From Pseudoalteromonas translucida KMM 520 (GTDB lineage Bacteria > Pseudomonadota > Gammaproteobacteria > Enterobacterales > Alteromonadaceae), in NCBI RefSeq assembly GCF_001465295.1, contig NZ_CP011035.1, forward strand, positions 270,001 through 302,000: DNA of 32,000 nt, written 5' to 3'. The stretch's first letter is position 1. Each line of letters begins with the position of its first letter. Both the position numbers and the translations under genes were made by a program. Positions 17,082-25,277 of this stretch are shown here, one piece after another. Below the pieces are notes generated by a model. That model had not been told where the DNA came from and did no database searches. It worked only from the letters and a program-made list of their open reading frames with translations.

Positions 17082-18605
17082 ATGACGCAACATCAACACA
17101 CTAACGCTCTTGTTACAGGGCTAAACCAACAGAGCTTGGCTCAATTACCAAGCCATGTTGACACACCAAGTTACGACCGTAGCGCCGTTAAAGCAGGGAT
17201 TGTACATATTGGTGTAGGCGGTTTTCATCGTGCTCACCAAGCGGTGTATGTTAACGAGCTTTTAAAAACCCCAGGCTCTGAGCAATGGGGCATATGTGGT
17301 GTTGGCCTGTTAGAGGGTAACCGTGGTTTGCGTGATATTTTAAAGCAACAAGATTACCTTTATACGCTTACTGTTAGGCACCCAGACGGTAAAATAGATA
17401 ACAAAGTAATTGGCTCAATGATCGACTTTTTGTTTGCCCCAGAGGACAAACAAGCGGTAATTAATAAACTAGCGCACAGCGATACTAAAATTGTGTCGCT
17501 TACTATTACCGAAGGTGGTTATAACTTTAACCCAGCAACGGGTGAGTTTGACACGAGTAATCCAGATATTATTAACGACATTAATAACCCGAACGACCCA
17601 ATTACGGCGTTTGGTTACATTACTGCTGCGTTAAAACTGCGTAAAGAGCAAGGCTTGGGCGCGTTTACAGTACAGTCGTGCGATAACATTCAGCATAATG
17701 GTAACGTAACACGTAAAATGCTTTTAGCCTTTGCCACAGAGCAAGACAAAAACCTAAGTGAGTGGATTGAGCAAAACGTATCGTTTCCAAATGCGATGGT
17801 TGACCGTATTACGCCTGTATCTAAAAAAAGTGATATTGATTACGTGGTTGATGCCTATGGTGTTAGCGACGAGTGGCCAATTACCTGTGAGTCGTTTACA
17901 CAATGGGTAATAGAGGACACATTTAGTGACGGCCGACCAAATTGGGATGTTGTTGGTGCACAGTTTGTCACTGATGTAACGCCTTATGAAACCATGAAAA
18001 TACGTTTACTTAATGCAGGGCATTCAGTACTTGGTTTATTAGGTTCAATTCATGGTTATGGCACAATTGACGAAACGGTATCTGATGAATTATTTGCCAC
18101 ATACCTACGTGCTTTTATGGACAAAGAAGTAACGCCAAACCTTGAGCCGCTTGAAGGTATTGACCTTCAAAGCTACAAAAACACGTTAATAGAGCGTTTT
18201 GCTAACCCTAATATTAAAGACAGCCTAGCGCGTATTTGCAGTGAAAGCTCAGCTAAATTGCCTAAATTTATTATTGCTACAATTAACGAAAACCTAGTAC
18301 AAGGTCGAGATATATCGTTGGCTGCACTGGTTATTGCTACTTGGTGTTTATACAGCGATAAAGGTGTAAGTGAAAAAGGCGAAAAGCTTGAAATTCAAGA
18401 TGCTATGCAAAAAGAGCTAAATGCATACGCGCAGCAAAGCCAAGCTAACCCAACTGCATTTTTAAAGCTAGCAAGCTTGTTTGGTAAGCTTGAACATAAC
18501 GACACATTTACTGCAGAGTATAAAAAATCGATCGCCGCGCTATACGCACCTAATAGTAAAATTAAAGCTATTATGCAGGCTGCACTTGAGCAAAAGAGTA
18601 ACTAA
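17082..18605 (+). CDS. Long-chain mannitol dehydrogenase family enzyme, most likely mannitol 2-dehydrogenase
   Basis: N-terminal Rossmann motif IVHIGVGGFHRAHQAVY, characteristic of the mannitol/mannonate/altronate oxidoreductase family, and a length of about 500 aa. Adjacent fructokinase favours mannitol to fructose. Confidence 0.85.
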   Translation: MTQHQHTNALVTGLNQQSLAQLPSHVDTPSYDRSAVKAGIVHIGVGGFHRAHQAVYVNELLKTPGSEQWGICGVGLLEGNRGLRDILKQQDYLYTLTVRHPDGKIDNKVIGSMIDFLFAPEDKQAVINKLAHSDTKIVSLTITEGGYNFNPATGEFDTSNPDIINDINNPNDPITAFGYITAALKLRKEQGLGAFTVQSCDNIQHNGNVTRKMLLAFATEQDKNLSEWIEQNVSFPNAMVDRITPVSKKSDIDYVVDAYGVSDEWPITCESFTQWVIEDTFSDGRPNWDVVGAQFVTDVTPYETMKIRLLNAGHSVLGLLGSIHGYGTIDETVSDELFATYLRAFMDKEVTPNLEPLEGIDLQSYKNTLIERFANPNIKDSLARICSESSAKLPKFIIATINENLVQGRDISLAALVIATWCLYSDKGVSEKGEKLEIQDAMQKELNAYAQQSQANPTAFLKLASLFGKLEHNDTFTAEYKKSIAALYAPNSKIKAIMQAALEQKSN

Positions 18606-18607
18606 TT

Positions 18608-19522
18608 ATGAGCATTTTAATTAATCATAAATCAGGCGAAAACGTAAGTGTTAGCTGCTTTGGCGAAGTACTGTGGGATTGTTTTGACTCTGGTAAACGC
18701 CTAGGCGGCGCGCCGCTTAACATGTGTGTGCGTATTAACTCACTGGGCATAAAAGCCGACATGATCAGCGCCGTTGGCAGCGATAAACTAGGGGCAGAGC
18801 TGCTAGGCGAAATTGCGAGCAAAGGCGTAAGCTGCGATTATATTGCTATTAACAGTGACAAAAAAACCAGCACGGTTGAGGTAACTCTTGATAGTGGTGG
18901 CTCAGCAAGTTATGAAATAGTGGCAGATACAGCGTGGGATAATATAGCGCTTACCGATGAGTTACTGAGTAAAGTTAAAAGTAGCGATGTATTTGTATTC
19001 GGTAGCCTAATAGGGCGAAGCAAAACGTCTTTGGCAACATTAAATCAATTAGTTGATGTAGCAAATTTTAAAGTGTTTGACGTAAACCTACGTGCGCCTC
19101 ACTACACATTAGCAACACTCGTAGATTTAATGAATAAAGCCGACTTCATCAAATTAAACGACGAAGAGCTATACGAAATTGCTAAAGCTATGGGTTGTAA
19201 GTTTCATTCGCTTGAGCAAAACTTAGCCTTTATTGCAGCACAAACAAATACCGAATACTTATGTGTAACTAAAGGCAGCCATGGCGCATTACTCACCATT
19301 AAAGGCGAAAACTACTATAACTCAGGCTATTTAATTAGTGTTGTTGATACAGTTGGCGCAGGGGATTCGTTTTTAGGCTCGTTAATTTATCAGCTGTGCA
19401 GTAGTGATTGCGCACAACATGCGGTTGACTTTGCTTGTGCTGTTGGCGCTATGGTGGCCGAAAGTGCCGGAGCAACACCTACTTTAACGCATCAACAAAT
19501 AAATGAGTTTATGAATCCATAA
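18608..19522 (+). CDS. PfkB-family carbohydrate kinase, likely fructokinase
   Basis: N-terminal GEVLWD...GGAPLN and C-terminal DTVGAGDSF ATP-binding motif. It starts 2 nt after the dehydrogenase stop. Confidence 0.85.
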   Translation: MSILINHKSGENVSVSCFGEVLWDCFDSGKRLGGAPLNMCVRINSLGIKADMISAVGSDKLGAELLGEIASKGVSCDYIAINSDKKTSTVEVTLDSGGSASYEIVADTAWDNIALTDELLSKVKSSDVFVFGSLIGRSKTSLATLNQLVDVANFKVFDVNLRAPHYTLATLVDLMNKADFIKLNDEELYEIAKAMGCKFHSLEQNLAFIAAQTNTEYLCVTKGSHGALLTIKGENYYNSGYLISVVDTVGAGDSFLGSLIYQLCSSDCAQHAVDFACAVGAMVAESAGATPTLTHQQINEFMNP

Positions 19523-19578
19523 ATAAATTGCTGATAAGATATTGTTAATTGTTATCGATAGCTTATCGGGCAGAATAT

Positions 19579-19614
19579 AAAGGCAGATTTACCCAGTAAA
19601 GCTGCCTTTTTTAT
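19579..19614 (+). terminator. Intrinsic terminator after the mannitol operon
   Basis: AAAGGCAG-a-TTTAC-cca-GTAAA-g-CTGCCTTT compound stem followed by TTTTTATT. Confidence 0.65.
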
Positions 19615-19823
19615 TACTCTAAATCTTTACATTCTGCACAGTTAACGCTCAATAAGGTCGCGAAATAGGCCTAAGTTATTTTATTCGACTATAGTATTAG
19701 CTAAACGTCTTATAGTAAGAATATTAATCCTTTGTTAATGTTCGTCGATTATTCACGGAATGAAAGGCCGGAGCGGCAAACAGTGCGCTCTATAATACAA
19801 ATACAAAAAGAGAAACATGCTTT

Positions 19824-21296
19824 ATGATCATCTTTTTTATCTGCATCACAATTTTAATACTGGGTTACAAATTTTATAGTCCCTTTGTTGAAAAGCAAGC
19901 AGGTTTAGACTCAACTATTGAAACACCACAAAAGCGCTTTAGCGAAGGTGTTGATTACGTGGCTATTCATCCTGTGCGTGCATTTTTAATTCAATTTTTA
20001 AACATCGCCGGTGTAGGTCCTATTTTTGGTCCTATTCTTGGTGCCTTATACGGACCCGTTGCACTAGTTTGGATTGTACTAGGTAACGTGTTAGGTGGTG
20101 CTGTTCACGACTTCTTCTCAGGTGTTATGAGTATAAAAGAAGACGGAAAAAGCCTGCCAGAAATAGCCGGACATTACTACAACATTGTATTTAAAGGCTT
20201 TATGCTGATATTTACTGCCATGCTACTATTTTTTGTAGGTGTAGTATTTATTATGAGCCCTGCGGGCTTATTAAGTAACCTTGATTTTTTTGAAGGTACA
20301 ATACTGGCAAGTAACACCTTTTGGGTGCTGGCTATTTTAGCGTATTACTTTTTAGCTACCTTGCTACCAATTGATAAAATTATTACTAAATTTTACCCAG
20401 TTTTTGGTGCTTTAATGATTGTAATGACAGTTGCTATTGCAGTTTCGTTATTGATTAACGCGCCACACTTACCCGTTGCAGGTGACTTTTTAGCTTACTT
20501 TAGCGCTGATCATGCACATGACTTTTTAGAGCCAAATCCGGATGGTTTACCTACGTGGCCTTTGTTATTTATAACAATTACCTGTGGCGCTATTAGTGGT
20601 TTTCACTCAACGCAAGCACCTATTATTGCACGCTGTTTAACAAACGAAAAATATGTACGCCCGGTATATTACGGCGCTATGATGTGTGAAGGTATTGTTG
20701 GTTGTGTTTGGGCACTTGCTGGTATTGCAGCATTCCCAGAAGGTTATGCCGGTTTAAAAGCATTACTTGATCAAGGTGGCCCTGGTTTAGTGGTTAATCA
20801 TATTGCTAATAGCTACTTAGGTGTATTTGGTGGTGTTATGGCTATTATTGCTGTAGCTGTGTTCCCAATCACTTCAGGTGATACTGCGTTCCGTTCACTG
20901 CGTTTAACCGTAGTTGATGCGTTTAATATTCCGCAAAGCTTACGTAACCGTTTATTAGTAGCGATTCCAATTTTAGCGATTGCTTACTTTATGACTAAAC
21001 TCGACTTCTCGGTTATTTGGCGCTACTTTGCGTTCTCAAACATGCTGCTTTCTACTAGCGTATTATGGCTGGCAACTAAGTACTTGTTTGACCGCGGTGC
21101 ATTCCATTGGATTGCCAGTATTCCTGCAGTAATCGCCACAGCAGTGACGCTTTCATACATTATGACAGCGGCAATAGGTCTTAACTTATCAAGTGATATG
21201 GGTAAGCCAATTGGTGCAGTGGTAGCGGTAATTGGTTTTATTACACTTGCCATAGTGCACTCTAAGCACAAAGGCAGAGTAAAAGTTATTAATTAA
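19824..21296 (+). CDS. Carbon starvation protein CstA family transporter (short, 490-aa form)
   Basis: The polytopic membrane protein carries the CstA-type conserved block FLNIAGVGPIFGPILGALYGP...GGAVHDF...KEDGKSL. Confidence 0.8.
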   Translation: MIIFFICITILILGYKFYSPFVEKQAGLDSTIETPQKRFSEGVDYVAIHPVRAFLIQFLNIAGVGPIFGPILGALYGPVALVWIVLGNVLGGAVHDFFSGVMSIKEDGKSLPEIAGHYYNIVFKGFMLIFTAMLLFFVGVVFIMSPAGLLSNLDFFEGTILASNTFWVLAILAYYFLATLLPIDKIITKFYPVFGALMIVMTVAIAVSLLINAPHLPVAGDFLAYFSADHAHDFLEPNPDGLPTWPLLFITITCGAISGFHSTQAPIIARCLTNEKYVRPVYYGAMMCEGIVGCVWALAGIAAFPEGYAGLKALLDQGGPGLVVNHIANSYLGVFGGVMAIIAVAVFPITSGDTAFRSLRLTVVDAFNIPQSLRNRLLVAIPILAIAYFMTKLDFSVIWRYFAFSNMLLSTSVLWLATKYLFDRGAFHWIASIPAVIATAVTLSYIMTAAIGLNLSSDMGKPIGAVVAVIGFITLAIVHSKHKGRVKVIN

Positions 21297-21325
21297 AAAA
21301 TGACCATAAATCATAAGTGTTAATT

Positions 21326-21357
21326 AAAAACGAGCAGCTAAACCTGCTCGTTTTTTT
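21326..21357. terminator. Strong intrinsic terminator (A tract-stem-T tract, potentially bidirectional)
   Basis: AAAAA-CGAGCAG-ctaaac-CTGCTCG-TTTTTTT. Confidence 0.75.
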
Positions 21358-21472
21358 ATGCCCAATAATAAAGCTCCATCACACTTACGGCTAAATAACA
21401 TGACTTAATTTAATGCCACTAATATAACTGCTATTATTTGTTAATTGCTTTAACTGAGTTAGGAAATACAAA

Positions 21473-22165
21473 ATGAAAATAGCCGCTGATTTTAGTAAGC
21501 GCGTTGTTGTACATAGTGAAAAACTAGAGTGGGTAGCCTCGCCAATGGCGGGAGTGCATAGACGCCCTTTGGACAGAGTAGGCGATGAAGTTGCCCGCGC
21601 CACAAGCATAGTACGCTATGCGCCTGGTAGTGAATTTTCGCCGCATATACATACAGGTGGTGAAGAATTTTTAGTGCTCGATGGCGTATTTCAAGATGAA
21701 CACGGCGATTACCCTGTAGGTAGTTATATTCGCAACCCTCCCCAGTCAAAGCACAAACCGGGATCTCAGGGAGGCTGCGTAATATTTGTAAAATTGTGGC
21801 AGTTTCAACCACAAGATAGACAGCATGTGTGCTTACACACTAAAAAAATGCAAGGCGTTCCGCATCCCCAGTTTAACAATGTTAGCGTAATTTCTTTATA
21901 TAAAGATGACTTTGAAGAGGTGAGCTTACTGCACTTTAAACCTAACGCCGAGATGGTTATAAATGCAAAGGATGGGGCTGAGCTGTTAGTACTTGAGGGT
22001 TTGCTTAACGAGAAAACAGATACCCTTATTAAAAATAGTTGGTTAAGAGTGCCTATTAATAGCACTGTTAATGCTAAAGCAGGAAGTACAGGCGCAACAG
22101 TTTGGCTTAAAACCGGTTATTTAACTGATGTAGCAAACCAAATCACTCGATTAAAAAATGCATAA
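21473..22165 (+). CDS. ChrR-like cupin domain protein (no zinc-binding anti-sigma domain)
   Basis: Cupin-type metal motif region (FSPHIHTGGEEFLVLDGVF...G.Y.RNPP.S.H.P) resembles the C-terminal cupin of ChrR-type proteins. There is no N-terminal H-x3-C-x2-C motif and no ECF sigma gene nearby. Confidence 0.65.
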   Translation: MKIAADFSKRVVVHSEKLEWVASPMAGVHRRPLDRVGDEVARATSIVRYAPGSEFSPHIHTGGEEFLVLDGVFQDEHGDYPVGSYIRNPPQSKHKPGSQGGCVIFVKLWQFQPQDRQHVCLHTKKMQGVPHPQFNNVSVISLYKDDFEEVSLLHFKPNAEMVINAKDGAELLVLEGLLNEKTDTLIKNSWLRVPINSTVNAKAGSTGATVWLKTGYLTDVANQITRLKNA

Positions 22166-22282
22166 GTAACCACTTCAAATGAAGTAGCAAAACACCCGTT
22201 ATAGCTGAGTTTTAAGTTGTATCAGTATGAGCGCTAAGCTATCACCTATACTCAAAGTACATTTATTGTAAGAGTACTCATT

Positions 22283-22663
22283 ATGGTTGGTTTAACGCAC
22301 GGTTTGTCTATTGGCATTGAACGCTCAGGAAGTGAGTTTTTTTTAACGCTAAAAGCGGTAGGTACATTAACTCACAAAGATTATAAGATTATTACACCCA
22401 TGATCGACTCAGCTCTAAGTAAAGTGGATCACCCTATAGTTAAAGTGCTGATAGATGGCTCACAATTAGAAGGTTGGGAAATTAGAGCTGCATGGGATGA
22501 CTTAAAGCTTGGGTTAAAACACGGTAAAAATTTTAAAAAAGTCGCGATTTACGGTAATAAAGAGTGGCAAGCAACCTTAGCCAAAGTGGGGGGCTGGTTT
22601 GTAGCAGGTAAAGTAGCATACTTTGAAAACGCCACCACAGCCATTGAGTGGCTACAAGAGTAA
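22283..22663 (+). CDS. STAS/SpoIIAA-like domain protein
   Basis: The 126-aa protein follows the pattern of the stand-alone SpoIIAA-like family (GTLTHKDYKIITPMID...LIDGSQLEGWEIRAAWDDLKLGLKH...FKKVAIYG). No clear Shine-Dalgarno sequence, so the start is uncertain. Confidence 0.6.
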   Translation: MVGLTHGLSIGIERSGSEFFLTLKAVGTLTHKDYKIITPMIDSALSKVDHPIVKVLIDGSQLEGWEIRAAWDDLKLGLKHGKNFKKVAIYGNKEWQATLAKVGGWFVAGKVAYFENATTAIEWLQE

Positions 22664-22725
22664 CGCCATAACCCCAGCGAGAGCACGTTAATGCTCTCTC
22701 TACTCATATGGTTGTTTAATAAATC

Positions 22726-25209
22726 TTATAAAGTGAGGTGTTTTTGTAATTTAACTTCCTCTGCATCTACATCTAAAAGTACCGTCACGGTAACTAATTG
22801 TTGCTGCTTACTTAGGGGGAGTGTAAAGCTATAAGTTTGCTGCTGATATGGATCAAGTACGACGTTTTGCTGTTGCGGTATGACATTAATTGGCTGTGAA
22901 AACGCGGTGGCAGTTAAACTAATAGTGCCTGTAGTTGCGCCGGAGTAAGGGCCAGAAAGTGTCGCTATAACCAGCAATTCACCCTCAGTTGTAGTACTGT
23001 GGCTAAGCGAAAGTTGCACGCCATTAAATGCGTTTAACGGCGCTTTTAGCCTCGATTTATGGGTTAAATCGTGCCAATTAAGTTGCTGTTCAATAATAAT
23101 GGAATCTGCACTTAGGTGTTGGGGTAAAGTGATATTACTAACGCCTGGATTTACAACTTGCAGCAGTATTTCACTGCTTAATAACTGCCCACTGGCGTCT
23201 AATAAGTTTACGTTTGCTGTCACATTCACTGCAGCGTCAGAAGGGTTCATTATGCGTAAAAAGGCCTCACCATGATGGTAATATATTTGGCTATTAATAC
23301 CAGAAAGCAGACTGAGTGCATCATCACCTAAGCTATTTTTATACTTCAAAAATAGTGTATTAAGTGAATTTATCAAAGCAGAATGGTTATTTTTATTGGG
23401 CAGCTGAGCCATCAAAGACGCCAGCTCAGGCGCGCAATTAACGAGTTCATTAGTTGCCTGCTGGCAGCTTTGAAATAACCGCGTAAGTTTATCATAATCT
23501 GTAAATAACCACGGATTGGTTATTTGATCGTGATATGTGTCCGCGACGTTGCCATTCGTAAAGTAGGGCGTTATTTTATGATTATTATTGTTAGCTAATA
23601 AACTAATTTTACGCGCGTTTAATTGTGACAATAACTGATTTTCTATAACTACATCAAACGATTGCTTAATAACGTTCGCGGCATTAAACGCTGTTAACTG
23701 TACAGTTAGCTTAGTAGTATTAATACTAACAGTGATGGCTAATTTTTGCTGTTGGGCAATGGCTTGCTGTAGCTCAGGCGTTAGCGCTATCTGCTGCTCA
23801 GTAAAGTGGCTAACATTATCAGCGCGGATCACTAAGCGCTTTGCATCAACGATTAACAATTTTAATAGTTGATCAGCATTAGGATTTTCTTCGGTGCTGA
23901 AAGTACGGCGATACTGTTGATTTTGTTCACTGAGTTGTCCTTGTAATGCTATGCCAATTTCACCACGGGCAAGTTGCGAGGGTTCAAACTCTATCAGTGC
24001 CGCAACTTGGTTACTATGGGTTAACTCAATTAATGCTGAAGCAGAGGGTAAAGGAAAGTCCATCACCGGGTGCGTCACTGTGTGTGCATCCGCAGGACTA
24101 ATATCTAAACGGGCGATTTTTTTGGCCTGATTGTTACGAATCCAATATGCACTGCCATCTTGCTCCCATGGCCCAGACACAATATGAAAACTAGGTTTTA
24201 TATTAGCAACAAATTTTGCAAAACCAGCCTCTATAGCCTGCCAGTCGTTGAATGTTTCCTTTAGCAGGGTATTGGCGGTTGTTAATGTTGTTTCGCTGTT
24301 GGGGTTAGCGAGCCTTAATTTATTTAAAAAGTGGCTAAAATATTGTGCCCGCTGTGGTGAGCTTAAAAAATAGTGAATAATGAAAAAATTAAGCCCCCGC
24401 TTGAGAGACGGATCATCATTAATTTGTTCTATGCTGGGCTTATTGGCGCTGTAATACTGCTTTAAACCGGTTTCGATATAGTTCATAGGCGCACGGTCAA
24501 ATACCATCACTGTGAGTTGCTTTTTACTTGGATCATAAACATGATGCGCCACTGAATCAGCTAGCCCTTCGGTGATCCAACTTGGCGCCCAGGTGGAGTG
24601 GCCATTGAGTGCCATATGAAAGGCATGCATAGTTTCATGAATAACAATATAACGTTGATGTTGCCTGCGATCGCTAGGGAAACTATATCCAGCACGATTA
24701 TAAAACATGGTTTCGCCGCCTGCAGTTTCATGTACGCCACGTAAAAAACCATCATCGAGCATCGCCTCACGTACTCTTTCGCGGCTACTGCCATACACTA
24801 CGGCAATGCGTTGACGCTCAATATTCGGCGGCTGCATGCCAAATAATGCGACATAATGTGGGTAAGCCATTTCTAATAACTCAAGGTAGAGCCTTACTTT
24901 ATGTTCGGGTAAGTCGCTTTTTAGTGCGAAGTGTTTACTTACCCACCAGTTATACCCTCGGCTATTTCCAATTTTTCCTGTGCTGTAAGTGTAGGGAACG
25001 GTTTGTCCTAAAAAGGCAATATCAATATTATGTAAAGTAGTCGTATAACCTTGCACTGAGATATCGACCCGCATTGTCTCAGCAGCGATTGCATCTAACG
25101 GCGCTAACTTAAGTTGAGTAGCTTGATTATGATATGTGTTTGGTACGTGAAGCTCTGTTTGACAGGCAACGAGTAAAAAGAGAGACAAGGGAAAGAAAAA
25201 ATTTTTCAT
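22726..25209 (-). CDS. Large lipoprotein with N-terminal gluzincin (MA-clan) metallopeptidase motif and an uncharacterised roughly 550-aa C-terminal region
   Basis: Lipoprotein signal MKNFFFPLSLFLLVAC-Q when started at 25209. The listed 25269 start is TTG and adds 20 non-signal residues. IVIHETMHAFHMALNGHSTWAPSWITEGLA gives HEXXH followed 18 residues later by the E of W-I-x-E-G-L-A, the M1/peptidase-MA arrangement. I do not recognise the rest of the protein. Confidence 0.7.
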   Translation of the reverse strand: MKNFFFPLSLFLLVACQTELHVPNTYHNQATQLKLAPLDAIAAETMRVDISVQGYTTTLHNIDIAFLGQTVPYTYSTGKIGNSRGYNWWVSKHFALKSDLPEHKVRLYLELLEMAYPHYVALFGMQPPNIERQRIAVVYGSSRERVREAMLDDGFLRGVHETAGGETMFYNRAGYSFPSDRRQHQRYIVIHETMHAFHMALNGHSTWAPSWITEGLADSVAHHVYDPSKKQLTVMVFDRAPMNYIETGLKQYYSANKPSIEQINDDPSLKRGLNFFIIHYFLSSPQRAQYFSHFLNKLRLANPNSETTLTTANTLLKETFNDWQAIEAGFAKFVANIKPSFHIVSGPWEQDGSAYWIRNNQAKKIARLDISPADAHTVTHPVMDFPLPSASALIELTHSNQVAALIEFEPSQLARGEIGIALQGQLSEQNQQYRRTFSTEENPNADQLLKLLIVDAKRLVIRADNVSHFTEQQIALTPELQQAIAQQQKLAITVSINTTKLTVQLTAFNAANVIKQSFDVVIENQLLSQLNARKISLLANNNNHKITPYFTNGNVADTYHDQITNPWLFTDYDKLTRLFQSCQQATNELVNCAPELASLMAQLPNKNNHSALINSLNTLFLKYKNSLGDDALSLLSGINSQIYYHHGEAFLRIMNPSDAAVNVTANVNLLDASGQLLSSEILLQVVNPGVSNITLPQHLSADSIIIEQQLNWHDLTHKSRLKAPLNAFNGVQLSLSHSTTTEGELLVIATLSGPYSGATTGTISLTATAFSQPINVIPQQQNVVLDPYQQQTYSFTLPLSKQQQLVTVTVLLDVDAEEVKLQKHLTL

Positions 25210-25231
25210 AATTATAGTTGTTTTGTGTGTA

Positions 25232-25247
25232 TATTGTATGCAATATA
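25232..25247. promoter_or_regulatory. Candidate operator TATTGTATGCAATATA in the 68-bp peptidase/POT divergent region
   Basis: It is part of the inverted repeat TATATTG-TATG-CAATATA (25230-25247) and matches TATTGTATACAATATA at 31844-31859 at 15 of 16 positions. The TTGTAT-CAA core resembles GntR-type operators (T.GT...AC.A). Confidence 0.5.
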
Positions 25248-25277
25248 AAGTAACGTGTTTCATCGACAAAGTAAACT

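Noticed and set aside
19791-19796. Perfect TATAAT 28 nt upstream of the CstA-family start, plus a possible CRP half-site (CGTGA) nearby.
   Set aside because: There is no acceptable -35 element, and only one CRP half-site matches. The evidence is too weak to annotate a promoter.
22679-22698. Hairpin GAGAGCA-cgttaa-TGCTCTC between the STAS gene and the convergent lipoprotein gene.
   Set aside because: No T tract follows on either strand, and the stem is only 7 bp.
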